Source: Dicyema japonicum (lineage: Eukaryota; Animalia; Dicyemida). From it: a stretch of 51,379 nucleotides of DNA. Shown one piece after another: positions 24,072 to 37,630 of this stretch. Under the pieces are notes generated by a model. It searched no databases, was not told where the DNA came from, and saw only the letters and a program-made list of their open reading frames with translations. Both the position numbers and the translations under genes were made by a program. The stretch spans positions 1,089,661 through 1,141,039 of the forward strand of contig RDEW01000014.1 in assembly GCA_011109175.1 (NCBI GenBank), read 5' to 3'. Position 1 is the stretch's first letter. Every line of letters begins with the position of its first letter.

Positions 24072-26780
24072 AGCACTCCCGCGTTGCCATAAGCACGTAA
24101 AATGCCTAGGTTTTCGCTCGTGTCGTACACTCGACTATCCTCCCAGTCAGCCTGCTCCATCTAGCTATCGGTTTGCATTTACATATTTTGTAGAGAGTGT
24201 CGTTTTTGATAATCTGTGGCAATTTGATTCCCGAAATTTTTCTCAATTGATTTCTATGAAATGTGTCTTGTCTGTCAAGGTCCGTTTTTGATGTTCCCCA
24301 TGCTCCCGAGTTATATAATAGGACTGAAGATTTAAGGAGATAAGTTTTCTACGAATCAAAATACTCCACATTTTTTTCAGTGCACACGATGCCAACATCT
24401 CTATGCGAGCAGTTTCCAGCATCACCCAAAAACGACCCGAGCCTTTTAGTAAACCTTCATTTCTCATCGATCTGTGTCGGTAACCGCTGAATCCAAGTTA
24501 ACTCAGTTTTTTCTGAATTGATCTTCAAAGACCATATCTCCAGAACTGTTGTGGCTTTATCTACTACAGTTCTTAGAACCTCCACATCCTCAGACGCAAG
24601 GTGTCATCAGCATACATTAATTCCACAAAATGATTATTTAAGTGACCCAATTCTTTTCTAACGTCCCTCAACACAGCTTCCAAATAGATTGCAAAGAGAA
24701 CTGGCGAAAGCGAGTCCCCTTGCAGAGTCCCAATCACGTTCGTGAATTTTTCCGAATAGCCCATCTTCACTTTCACTATGAGGCTCGTGTCAGCCAGCAA
24801 AAAACGCACAATCCTCTAACAGTCCTCATTAATTATGTTTTTGAAAACTTGCAGTAGTTTATCTCGGCAGACACAGCCGAATGCTTTCGATAAGTCGACT
24901 CCCAGAAAATACATTGTTTTTCTATACTTCTGACATATTGCCGTAACCACCGATGACTCCATACTATATCAGCAGTCGATCTTCCTGGTCTGAATCCGCT
25001 TTGAATGGTGACAAGTATTGGTCAACTGAATTTAATATTCAATGTTGTAATCGACAATGTTTTTCGTAAAGTGGTCAAAAGCACGATCGGCCTGAGATTT
25101 TCAATTGGACCTGCAGGTTTGCCAGGTTTTGTAAAGGAAGTAGAACTCCCATCACGATGTCAATTGAACAATGAGTCCTGAATATCTCGTTGAATATAAA
25201 AATTATCTTTTCTGCTAGCTGGGTTGGTGCGTATTTTAACAACTCCACACATATATTTTCATAGTCAGTAGCACTGTTGTTATTCAGACAAAGGAGTGCT
25301 CCGCGAATCTCGGAATCCGTAAACACATTATTAAGTGAGCGAGGCTGTCCTTCGAATTGTGTGATGGGTAAAATATCATCTCGATTGAACTGCTTGCTAA
25401 AGTGTTGGGCTATAACTCCATTGGTGACAATCTGGACTCACTGAGGGACCTAGCAAAGAACAGAAGAGCTTGGAGCAACCAAACTAATTCTCTTATATTT
25501 TTTGCTGCACATGCGGGGCTATAAATATTATGGCTCTCGTGAAAGTGCTAATAATAATAAGTCCAGCAGAACGGTTGGCGTTCAATACAAAGTGATCAAA
25601 CTCATCTTGAATTTTTAAATTCGTTTTAGCTTACCCGCGGTTGAGTAAACGCACAGCCATAAATATTTTTGCACCTGAATGTAGTCTTTCCACTTCCAAT
25701 CCTCGTTGGTTCAAAAATTTGACCATGATTGGAGCATATTCTTCTTAATTCCGTGTTGTATTTTATTCCGCAATTTTTTTAATTCGGATTTTCGTTCAGG
25801 ATCACAAGTTTCAATTTGAAGTCTTATATCTCGTTAACGGATAGACAATTCATTGGCTGTCGAGTTATATGCTTCTTTATATCTTCCTTTCATAGTATTT
25901 TCGCGAATCCCAACTGTTTCTTCGGCAGCCGTCATTATGGCTTCAGAGATTCTCTTCCACATGATGTGGGGTAGGCCATCCATAGAAATATTGGATAGAT
26001 ACTGGTCCATTCGCTGCTGGTATCTCGTGAGGAGTGCAGGATTATTTACTAATTCTTTCCCCCTATAATCTGTGTTTTTCTGGAACGTGCATGATTCGCA
26101 TATAATATTCCTAATATTCAACCGACAGACTACGATCTTGTGATCGCTATTTGTCAATGCTCCTCCATACGAACGGGAGTCCACTAATAATCTCTTGTGC
26201 AACTGTTTGCACGAGATATTATTTATTTGATTAACCATTTTTATTTGTTCTACAACCTACCCAGGTGGTCTTGTTGCACAGAAACAAATTGTAGGTATTA
26301 CAAAAGTCGATCATAAAATTTCCAGAAGAAATTGATATCCCCTTCCGTGATTACCAATGCAACTTTCACCTCTGCGTTTAATTCCTGCCTTTGAATTCCA
26401 GTCTCCCGCAACAAAAATCAGCATGGACGAGCAGAGTTTAGAGTATACTTCCGATAAACTCATATAAAAATCATCAAGCTCATTTATAGAGGTTGATAAT
26501 CTTTCTGTGTGGGGGGCATACACATTTATGACAGTCATAATCGATCTTTTATTACGTGATCCGATATTAATATCAATTCGGTCTGTTACCCTCCAAACTT
26601 TGAGTAACCGATCCACAAGTGAGATGTGCAAAGCCCATCCCATAATGACGGGAGTCGGATGGTAGTAGTATTAACCGGTAATTGTCATAGTATACATGTC
26701 GTTCCACTGTCACCTTCGTCTCATGCAGTCATGCCACACCGGTTTTGTATCTTTTTAGATCCGTACATAGAATGTTCTGT
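24072..26780 (-). mobile_element. RTE-like LINE (APE + RT), decayed
   Basis: INVYAPH, AGDWNSK, SDHKIVV, VDLSKAFG, GTLQGDSLSPVLF, MYADD. Confidence 0.85.
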
Positions 26781-26782
26781 TT

Positions 26783-27050
26783 GTGGCAATTCCTATGACA
26801 TTGAAAGATGTAATGGAAAAAAGCGTAAAGTGGATTGATCAAGAATACAATGAAGACATTACAATGAAAGAGGTGTCAACCAACAAAGTTACTAACCTGG
26901 AAACGATTCCTGATTGGATGTACACTGGGACAACTTATTTAATCCCAAAGCTTACAACCCCCACTCTGCTGCAGATTATCGATTGATAACAGTCTGACAT
27001 CCTCACTCGAAACTTTTAATGTCACAGAATCGATAGTACTTTGCATGTTT
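26783..27050 (+). mobile_element. RLE-LINE RT N-terminal fragment
   Basis: IPDWMYTGTTYLIPK motif typical of this RT family. Confidence 0.55.
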
Positions 27051-27250
27051 TAAGTATTTGTGTTAAATATTAAGTTATTATTTATATAAGCCTATCCAAG
27101 ATGAGGAGAAACCTTGCCCTTTATGAGATTAATCCAAGATTCCAAGACCAACATTAATCATGGTGGGATTACTTAATTTAGACAATAACTACTGTCCTCC
27201 TGTGATTACGGGTTAATAAATAATTTAAAAAATCAATATTTTGTAAGATA

Positions 27251-27593
27251 TTATTGTAATAAATCAGAATATCCTTGGTTTTTTAATATTATTTTTATAT
27301 TATTAATCAAATTATCAACCACGTGTTGAGGAATATCGTCTAAATATTATAATAGTGAATAACTGTGTGCTTGAGGTGATAATATATTACAAATATTGTC
27401 TATATTTACGTTTTCATTCCTTTGAATCAATTCTTGACATCGATTTCGAATGGAATCCTCCCACCCTGATGACTTTAGATCTTTTTTAATCATATCTTTC
27501 AGTCTAAAGTACACATTTTTATCAATACTTTTCAAGTTGACCACTATTGTCAAGAATAGTCTTAAGTCGTGTTGTCAAACCCACATGATCCAT
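27251..27593 (-). CDS. ENY2: ENY2/Sus1 (SAGA/TREX-2 subunit); 2 introns (25, 24 nt)
   Basis: L..SGQLEK|LKDMIKKDLKSSGWEDSIRNRCQELI..IDNI..LSPQAH|NDIPQHV follows the ENY2 pattern GWxDxL..C..V.DDL..ITP..VP. Introns 27504-27528 and 27340-27363. Confidence 0.85.
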
Positions 27594-27669
27594 CTATTTT
27601 TAATTATATAATAATTAATTATAATTAAATTAAAATTATTAAACCAGAAAACATATAATCATATTAAAT

Positions 27670-29330
27670 TCGAGAGAAACTGGTCGAGGATCCTGGAGAA
27701 ACTAGTCCTAAAAGTTATTCGCCCTTCTCTCCCACAACCTACATTCCAACATGGCTTCAAGGAAGGATTATCAACAACCTCCTTCCTAACGACATTAATG
27801 AAGTTCATAACTGAAGGACACAAGAACAAGCCAAAACAAGAAAAATCGGTCATATGTACGATCGACATTCAAAAAGCTTTCGACTCTGTCCCAAAGAAGA
27901 TCCTCATACGAAAAATATTTTTGACAAAAATTGATGCACCATTAAAGTTATGGTTAGCAAATTTCGTAAGTGGACGCCGAGGAAAAGTGTCCGTCGGAAA
28001 CAAGAGTTTCAGATCGGGATTATTACCCAATGGTGTACCCCAAGGATCTCCTCTGTCACCAATCCTTTTTAATTTGTTTTTGAATGATCTCCCCGTACCT
28101 ATGAATAATAATGACATGCTACTTTCCTATGCCGATGACATAGTTGTCGCATCTAGGGACGTAAATGTCATGCTAAAGAAAGACTACAAGGAATACTAAA
28201 TAACATATATGGATGGTTGTGCGATAATCGACTAAATGCATGTTCCGAAAAGTCAGCATGAAAAAGACCCCCGTCCGTATAGAAAATACGTGGGATCACG
28301 GTCGGAGCATCGACAATAAATGGCCCGATTATTGAGAGATGCCGGGATCACCTGAATATTAGTTATTGGTTAAGACGGTGTTTCTTTGGCTTAAATAATA
28401 ATAATAAAAAAAATTCAAACAACACCGGTGGTACTTAACTAACTAAACAGAACTACTCACAATTATAAAGAACGGTATACTTATCATTGGAGTCGACAGA
28501 CCTCAAAACTTTTGGTCTCAGACGATACCATGAAGAAGATTACCATCAAGCTGTTCCTGTCTCTTTGGATTAATTTGATTAACTTATACATTCCACCACA
28601 AGGATTCTGCCCAAAATCCTACACCTCAAACCTACCCAGCTTCTCAGCACTAAAGAACGCTTTAATGTGCTGCTACCTTAATGCACGACACTCCGTTTAG
28701 TTTGCTTCATTGTCTTCTGACAGTCGAGGTGAGTTCATCAAAATGGTCTTAATCAAACCGAAAAAAATGAACCTTACAAAGAACTATTCTCAGACAAGCA
28801 GGTCTCAGAAGTTATCGTCGGATTAAAGAGCTCATTATTATTTTCAATTCACCTAAAACACCTAAGCAAATACGCAATTAGCAACCTAACGGAAATTTTT
28901 AACCTGTCCGTTAACTCATAAGGCCGGAAAACCAAAAAAAATCAAAGTTTATACATACAATCTCATTGACCTCTACTATATCAAAAGTGTTGGAAAAGTT
29001 GATTGAAATTACTCATTCCCTAACTCAACTGAATTTCCAACACGGATTCTGTTCTGGAAGATCAACCACGACTTTCTTATCAACGCTTTCGCAGTTCATT
29101 GCGGATGGATTCAACACTACCCCAAAACACATGCGGACAACGATGGTCTCGATTGACATCAACAAGGCTTTGAGTCGGTACCAAGGAAACATTTAATTGG
29201 AAAAATCTTTGATTCAAAAATTCGCCTTAACTTGAAGCTATGGGTTGTAGAGACTCTTGTCATGTACACATTAACAATATAAATAAGGTATTTATTAGCA
29301 TTCCTTGTATTTATCTGGAATACAGCTAAA
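27670..29330 (+). mobile_element. Two or more decayed APE-LINE fragments
   Basis: QHGF, IDIQKAFDS, GVPQGSPLSP, SYADD (27798..28199); 3' motif at 28342; a further QHGF..IDINKA at 28966..29196. Confidence 0.8.
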
Positions 29331-29779
29331 CTGTCATTAAATCCTATTACTCTGTACATTCTCTCGTAAGATACTTGTGGATAGCAAAACCAAACCAGAA
29401 GTGTTCGCATTCAGGTTGTTTAGTGAATCTTTTCGAGGGTTTTCCAGAAAACATGTGTGTTAGAATACGGATTAAGACTAGAGACTTTGTTCTTTTTGGA
29501 TTTCGTCAAATTTTTAAATAATTAAAGACAGATAATTCTTCCTTTAACATCAAATATATTATTGATTATTAAGGCACTTTCACGCAAGCCATAATGTTTA
29601 TAGCCCTGAATGTGCAACATAGAAACAAGTATGCCAGTTTTAAAGGGGCAACATATATGCAAGTGCGTACCCAAAAAAGTTTGGGCAAAAGGAATCAAAT
29701 TCCGGAGAATCTGTATCTATTCGGGGACCAAAAAAAGTGCTTGTTTTAAGCCCAAATAACACTTTTAATAATTTATTAT

Positions 29780-32360
29780 TATTAAAAACCAAAAATCACG
29801 GACAAATTAAATAACTACATAGCCGTCAAATGATTCTGGCCGCCTCGAATAGCCATCTCATTCTTGCTCGGTGTTCCTCTAGGGATCCAACGCATTTCCG
29901 GATTGGGAGTGGGTTTCTGACTTTTTTTGGTGGTAGTAAGATTCCAGTTTTCTTCACTAATTCCTCAAATAGTGTAGGGTTTGGTGGTGTCTGGGAAACC
30001 CTTTGCAGAGCCTTACTGTCCATTTTTTGGAATGTATTAATTTTTTACATATTCGCGTTTGATAGTTTGGTTCCCCATGCAGCACACCCGTAAGTTAGAG
30101 ACGGTTGAATATACTGCACGTAGAGCGAGTCCAAATTTGAGTTGAAACACCAATTATATTGTCCAAGGAGTGTTTTAACAAAATTTAGCTTTCGTTGTGC
30201 CTAAGAGATGACGTTGTCAATGTGTTTGCTGAAGGTCAAGAGTGGCTCGCATGTTACGCCCAGTATCTAGACCGAGTTGGTCGTGCTTGAGGGACCCCAT
30301 TTGGAAGGAACTTGGGCACTGATCAAGTTTTTCCAGCAGTTACTCTTCCTCTTCTTCCATTTAGGAAATTTGCGATCCAGATTTTCAGGTTGTTTGGAAT
30401 TTTTGACGTAAAGATCTTCCTTATCAAAAACTTTTTTGAGAGTGTCGAAAGCTTTTTCTATATTGATGGAGCACAACAAAGACTTCTGATAAGGGTTGCG
30501 TTTTAGGCCATCCTTTATGAAATTTGTAAAGCATGTAAGATGCGTTTCTGTGGAGTGTTTTTTGAATCCATGTTGAACGGGTGTATCAGGAAGGTATGGT
30601 TTGATTAGTTCAAGAATCAGCTTTTCCAAAAGTTTTGATGTAACACATAGGAGAGATGTTGGTCTGTATGAGACTGGTGATCCCTTTGCTCGCCCGGGTT
30701 TCAGAGTAGGTCGTATGTTTGATAGTTACCATATGGAAGGAATACAATTTTCGTTGATTGAAAAGTTGGAAATTTTTGTGAGGGCCATGATAGCATAGGG
30801 GCCTATGTTTTTCAAAACTATTGTAAGGATTCCGTCCGGACCATATGAATAAGTCGACTTTTGACCCTTGACCATATTCTGTACGTTCTCCACAAAGAGA
30901 ACAATCGGGGAGGTGGCTCTTTTAGGTTTGAGGGCTAGGATGGATGGACCTTCGAATTTCTTGTGTGGGATGAAACTCGTGGAGAAGTAGTACTTCATAA
31001 GTTTGTTTAGGAAGATCTTGTTTTCCACTTCATCACGTGTGACCGGGTTGTCAGCGTTACTAAAGCTTCTAAGTGTTTTCCACATTTTTGTAAGGGAGTT
31101 CTGCTTGTTTAGATTGGACATGAGGTTTTTCCAAACCTTCTCTTGTTTCTTCTTTGCATTGTTCCTGATCTCTCTTTCTAATGTACGAATTCTCAATCTT
31201 GATTCCCAGGATTATTTTTGGAGGTTTTTAGGTAATTTTTTTCTTTTATGAGTGGATCGGCTCTGGGAGAAAACGTCTTTCTTGAAGTCAGTGGCCTTCT
31301 TTTAATACAAATTTTCATTCCCTCGCGTACCATTCTATTAAAATAGTGTAGTGCTTTATCGATGTTGAAATTGGATAAATGAAAGTCAACTAGATAATAG
31401 TCGACAAAATTTGAGAACTTTTCCCAGTCGACATTTTTGTAGTCTGCAAATAAAACAGGTTTTTTTATAATTGACACTCTTCTTTCAAACTTAATCATAA
31501 CATGATTATGGTCACTGCTGGTCTCTTATAGCACTGTCTATTTTGTTAATGTTTCGATGTTTGGTGAGGCTAGAGTGAGATCGGGGGACGATGTCCTGTC
31601 ATTCGCTCTAAAGGGAATCCTTGTATTAAATGTAGGGTTGTTTAATATTATCAGGTCATCCAGATTCGATAACAATTAGTTTCCTCCGACATCGCATGGT
31701 TGCTTCTTGAACCATGTCGGATGCTTTGCGTTTAGGTCTCCGCAAAGTGATATATTTTTGATTTGTCGATGTCTGACAGGGAGGCATGAGTTGGGCGGTA
31801 CCACATACACATTCAATATGTTTATGCTTCCGATGCTTGTCTTGACTGAAATACTAATATATTAAAAGTTTCGTTAGCGTACGGAATTTCTTTTTTGATA
31901 AAGGTAAGCAATCCACCACCACCACCCAGCTAGCCGGTCGCGCCTGATGACGTGATAGTTTGGGAAAACGGGAGTGGAAGAAGACGGAGTCAGTCTTGTT
32001 TCTTAGAGTAGGCAAATGTCAAAAGGTTTCTGAGTTCGAAAATTTTCCCTTTCACTCCAATTATGTTTAGTTGAATCAAAATAATGGGTTTTCGAGGTCC
32101 AGGATTGGGGTTCACATCGCCGGAAAGCATTAGATGGGCTTCCATCGAGGCAGGAGAGAGAGGCCAGTGGGGAGACCGTCCAAGAAGGACATTCCTCTTG
32201 GATTGGACGTAGAGAATGGTTCTTTTATCTGTGAAGTATATTCCACNGTGGGGAGACCGTCCAAGAAGGACATTCCTCTTGGATTGTATGTAGAGAATGG
32301 TTCTTTTATCTTTGAAGTATATTCCACAGTTTTTGTCACCAGAAACGGCGAACCACATGA
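29780..32360 (-). mobile_element. Second near full-length 2A-APE-RT LINE, decayed, with a deletion in the RT core
   Basis: QLNIIG, GDLNAKHP, SDHNH, GPDGI, YRPTSL, QHGF, NIEKAFD, GVPQ. N-terminal LMLSGDVNPNPGP. Confidence 0.85.
32095..32121 (-). other. Variant 2A-like motif GDVNPNPGP
   Basis: In frame and directly before the APE start. Glu of DxExNPGP is replaced by Asn. Confidence 0.7.
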
Positions 32361-32457
32361 ATTTGGATTTAGAAATTAAAAAGCTATTTTTTAAATTGAT
32401 TTAATAAGCTTATTTGTTAATTTGGTTTAAAAATTTCAATAGCAAATGAGCCCTGAT

Positions 32458-33660
32458 TTATGTGGAGTACTCACTTGACCAACATATTTTCATTGTCACT
32501 TTCATCGTATCTAGAATAAACGTGTTGTACCCTTTACTTCCATGAAATAGATAAAAAGGGGTTTTCTTCGTTGAAGAATGCAAGCTTTTATTATAATTAT
32601 ACACTACCAAGTCCAAACATGAAATCCATTCTTTATTTTGTTGTATAAAAGGTTTTTTTTGTAACCAACGAGTCAACGTTTGGTTACAACGTTCTACTTG
32701 GCCCTGGGATTGAGGATGCCTTGGACGACTAAACTTTTGTAAAATGTTAAATTCTTTGCATAAAGAATTAACTAGTTTATTTTTAAACTCTTTCCCATTG
32801 TCAGATTGTAAAATCTGAGGAGCTCCAAAACAATAAAAGATAGATCTTAAAGATGAACAAATAACAGTTGCTTCTTTTGAGACGATCGCTTTTGCAAAAC
32901 AAAATTTGGAATATACGTCAATAACATTAAATATCTATTTAAAGCCATCATTGGCCTGGGACCATCGACTTAAATCCACCAAGTCCATTTGAAATATTTC
33001 TCGAGGAAACTTTGCTTTAATGTGAATCATAGGAATTTGAGCTTTTAAAGGTTGGCTTTGTGCACATGCTGTGCATTCGGAACATACATCACGTATAATG
33101 GATTTTTTGATGGTGAAATAATAATTGTAAAATTCTTTCAGTTTATTGATTCCATAATGATTGGTCAAATGCTGTTTCATGCATTCTATCTTCATAGTTT
33201 GAATATCGTCCTGAGCAATAACACGTTTATGAGCCTCACGTATAATGGATTTTTTGATGGTGAAATAATAATTGTAAAATTCCTTCAGTTTATTAATTCC
33301 ATAATGAGTGGTCAAATGCTGTTTCATGCATTCTATCTTCATAGTTTGAACATCGTCCTGAGCACTAACACGTTTATGAGCCTCATCATTTGTAAAGAGT
33401 TTAGAATCTTCCAACAAGAAAAAATTGGCTTTCTTAATAAACCGAAATTTTTGCATTCGTGTAAAATTTTGGTCGATGATTATGCATTGTAGATATGAAA
33501 CAATATCATCCTCTTGGCCAGTCCTGATCATACTTTTAATATGCATTTTTCTAACACAGATAAAAAATTTTGGTCGATGATTATGCATTGTAGATATGAA
33601 ACAATATCATCCTCTTGGCCAGTCCTGATCATACTTTTAATATGCATTTTTCTAACACAG
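32458..33660 (-). mobile_element. Retroviral-type DDE integrase without recognisable gag/RT (Ginger/Gin/KRBA2-SCAND3-like)
   Basis: H..HYG..CTAC zinc finger, FQMDLVDL, ILQSDNGKEF, PQSQGQVERCNQT, YN.S.HSST.KTPF. Confidence 0.85.
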
Positions 33661-34299
33661 ATAATTCGATTTATGAATAAATAGTGAATTAATTTTGGTT
33701 AATTGATCCATAAAAATCAAAGTGTAACGCTTAAAATTGGTGTAACCTGCATGGAGGGCCACACTTAATATGGACAGAATATATATTCAATTTAGTAGAA
33801 TATGTATTAACATTTATAAGTATTTTCTTTTTTTCCTGTTGAAAATAAATCTTTCATTCTAAAGTTATAAATAATAAAAAAGATGACTTTTTACCTAAAG
33901 ATATCAAGCACATAGTAAAACTTCTTGTGATGTTTATTGATAAACTTATCCAAAACCTGAAAAAAATTAATCGGAGGCCATTTTGAATGGGAACCCGTAT
34001 TTCATATCCTTAATTCTCGGACACTTACACTCATATAACAAGAATTCTTGTTAACCGAATACACTTTAATCGCATACGTTTCGAGGTACTTCTATAAAAA
34101 TCAATTCAGAGAGTTACTCGAACTCTCAAGATCCAACTTGGAGACTCAGGATTACAAAAATTCCCAAAACGTTCAAAAATAGTAATACTTTATCGGTAAT
34201 GGTCCCAGTTTATACTTATAAGATCATAGCGTGCTAGAACAGGCTTGACCTCTAAAGGAGTTAGGTTGAGTTTATAAAAGATTGGTGGATGATCACTAC

Positions 34300-36100
34300 C
34301 AATATCATCTAGCGTGATCGGTCATTCCAAAAATCTATGTACAGATTCCGATACTAACGCCATTCCCAAATAATCCCAGCCACTTGGAGAATAGTGATTC
34401 GGGGTCGAGGACGTCACAACGGAAAACCCAGAAAACACAGACATATCCTTTAAAAACCGGTCGTCTCTGTTTGTCCCCAAACGATGTATCTTTCGAGTTT
34501 AAGTCCTCCAAAAGGACCAAGAACGGTGCATTTTCATCATGAAAAAAACTCTCGATAAGATAAGGATACGACGATAATTTTTAGAATATATTCTTCCAAT
34601 TTTCATCCACATATTTTCCACTCGTACTTCCAGGGAACCAAACTCACACAATTCTTGGAATATGATCTTCAGGTTACGAACCCTTAGATTTAGTCTGTAG
34701 AATAAATATGTACCCGTTCTTGCAACCAAACCAGACTTCCATTTAAAATCAAGAAAACAATATCCCTCAAGTTGATAATTATCCTCAATCTTTAACTTCG
34801 TTTCATTAACAATTAATATATCAATTGGTGGATATACACAATCTCAGAACGCCTTCTCTTTAAGGATCGGCCGTTCACAGCAATAATAGTAAGAACAGAC
34901 TTCATGCTTATAGAACCTCTGCCTCTCCAAAAAAAAGAGGGCCAACAGGTTCCTGACGTGTAGTTAACAAATATAAACCAGTTTTTTTAACAGCATTTGT
35001 CAATTCCAAGTCTGCAACTAGGTCTTCCACCAGATAAGGAGTACTGACATTATTCCCTTTGTTCATGTAATTGGAAACAATGTTTGTATTCTCAGAGGTT
35101 CGGGTAATATCCACGGTCTCATTTCTGAGTCCATTTGGTTGAAAATCACATTTTATGGAGTTTGTAGATTTCCCCAAACAATTTCAACGGTCTCAGCTTT
35201 AACCTACTTAACGGGTCGAAACACCTTCTTAGTCATGTCTTTTGTTCTTCTTACTTCAAAGGCACCCTTTGTTGAAGAACAACCACCATAACAAGCCAAA
35301 TGACCAACTGTCCCACAGTTAATGAATTTCCTTTCACTGTCCTTAGCCAAACAAGAGTTCATGCTGTGCTCTCCAACACAAATTAAGCACTTTTCCTTGC
35401 AGAAATTCGCAATGTGACCGAATTTTTGGCATCGGTAGCACCTAGTTACCGGTTACCTGTACCATTAAAAACGAACTCTCTGGAACCCAAAAACCATCCC
35501 CAGTCTAACAAGTGACGTGGCTTCCGCCCTAGACTTCAAAGTTCCAACAGGAAGACTGTGACCGTCCTTCATGAAACGTTTGAAATATAAACCAGGTCGT
35601 ACAGTTTCTGTANACCGGTTACCTGTACCATTAAAAACGAACTCTCTGGAACCCAAAAACCATCCCCAGTCTAACAAGTGACGTGGCTTCCGCCCTAGAC
35701 TTCAAAGTTCCAACAGGAAGACTGTGGCCGTCCTTCATGAAACGTTTGAAATATAAACCAGGTCGTACAGTTTCTGTAAGAAAAAGATTCAAGTGATCAT
35801 CTGAGACCCAAGAAGGGATTCCCTTCACAACAAAAGTGGAAGGATATAGGACGGAAGTGGTAAAAATATGCCATCAATACCAAATGGCGCATTCAAACCA
35901 AAATAATCGACACAAGCGTTCATATCCACTTTCGATGCAAATTCAAGTGTGAATATGGCTGATCTCCTTAGTGTAATTCGTGCCTTACTGGCAATCGCTG
36001 AGTTTGAAATATGTTAAAACATTTAATTTGTCCCAAAGCCATGTGTTTAATTTCCAGATTCACTCTAAGTGAATCATACGTCAAGTTAGACGAAGCAGCT
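34300..36100 (-). mobile_element. LINE ORF1 (gag-like, CCHC knuckles) plus decayed APE
   Basis: RCYRCQKFGHIANFC..CLICVGEH..C..CGTVGH at ~35250-35450; LLEDLNSK APE remnant at 34335..34520. Confidence 0.75.
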
Positions 36101-36417
36101 TGCCCCGACACAACATCCTCATAAAGTTAATTAGTGGGTATTTCATTCCCCTTCGTTGATTTAGACTTGGCTGCAAGTTTTTCTTTCATTAGCCAGTTTT
36201 CTTTCCTCGGTTGTTAATGCTTTCCCAACTTTTCCTATTGTCGAAATTTTGCAACGCAATTAAGAATTGTGTTATGGAGTATTGGAGAAAAGTTTTAGAG
36301 AACAACCAAAAACTCTTGTAATCAAAAAGACTTTGCAAGTAGGAATAGTTTGACAAATTGGTTAACCTTATATATGAGTAATCACAATATTAGAATAAAG
36401 ACAATTATTAATAAATG

Positions 36418-37095
36418 TTAATTAGCCTTAAGTTTCCTAATAGGGACGTAATTTAACTTCCAAAGGGACTCCATCATTATGAGGAGAGGAACAAAAATCC
36501 AAACCGAGTTGAGAAAGACAAAGTAAAACCAAAAATAAATAGGATCCTTCCTATCCATGCAATGTTCAAAGTCATCAAAGTACTCAGTTAGAAAGTACAT
36601 AGTGGTCCCATACAACTGAAAGAGAACAGTCATCAACTGAAATACATACATTTTTGATATTTTAAGGGTAGTCATCACAAAACAGATTAAACATAGAGGA
36701 CCGACCACATAGACAGTGAATGATTCAATAGCTAAGACTGTGACGTCATTTCTAAAATATATTGATTGGGTAACGTGAGGTAGCGAGAGTCAGAAATGGA
36801 GTATTCCTTCCCTAATTAATTATAAAATAAGCAGACATAATTGTGCCATCAGTGTGTTCTGGCTAATGATAGAGTCATGGTTTGTGACGTAAGTCATCTC
36901 AATCACCAAATGAGTAAAGGCAGACAACAGAAACCACACCGCTTTGAACTTTCCAAAGCAGGATAGACGACAGAGTTTTGCCAAACCCAACCCAATCAAG
37001 AATATCCCCAAATATAGAGCAAACAGATATGAAAGAAGTTCATATCTTGGCATTGTATTAGGCACATAGCCTTTCAGTTGATTAAAATATTCCAT
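36418..37095 (-). CDS. EBP: Emopamil-binding protein / sterol delta8-delta7 isomerase family; 2 introns (25, 23 nt)
   Basis: WF...HLVIE, QLW|KEYS.SDSRY, GPL, QLYG..YFLTE, YFWFYFVFLNSVW. Introns 36812-36836 and 36752-36774. EBP versus EBPL not rigorously resolved. Confidence 0.85.
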
Positions 37096-37199
37096 AAAAC
37101 AATGTAAGCGTGTTTTAAATTTAAATTTATTGAACCAAAAAACACAATTAAAAATATGTTTCCTTTATTATCTTTATTTTATTTTTATTATCTTAAACA

Positions 37200-37420
37200 T
37201 GGCCCTCCAATTGACTCAGTTACCAAAGTATATGATCTCGTTGTTGCTAAGATCTTAGGAGGCCCGAGATATGAAAGAAACCTCCCCTGCTGTGGAGATT
37301 AATCCAGGAATTCAAAACTAACCGCAGGAAAAGGACTGGTATGGACACCGGGATCTCTTAGTTGTACGATAACTTTTATCTTCTTTCTCGTGATTTCGGG
37401 GTTAATAAATTAAAATAATT
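37200..37420 (+). mobile_element. LINE 3' terminal fragment
   Basis: CCGGGATCTCTTAG..GGGGTTAATAAATTAAAA tail shared with the other LINE ends. Confidence 0.55.
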
Positions 37421-37630
37421 AAAAGATCTTGGGAGGCAAACGAATCGTGTAAGAGATATTAATCTAGTGAGTCTTAGGTTCTGTGTTTAACCAGAAGGAA
37501 ATTCCAATATAAATAAGGTTTTCCAGACACACCATCCAATGTGGTCTGGAGTAAGCTAGGTTCCAGTATTTGGGTCATGAATATGAATAATACCAGAATT
37601 TAACACATTATTAGTAGAATTAATGTAAAA

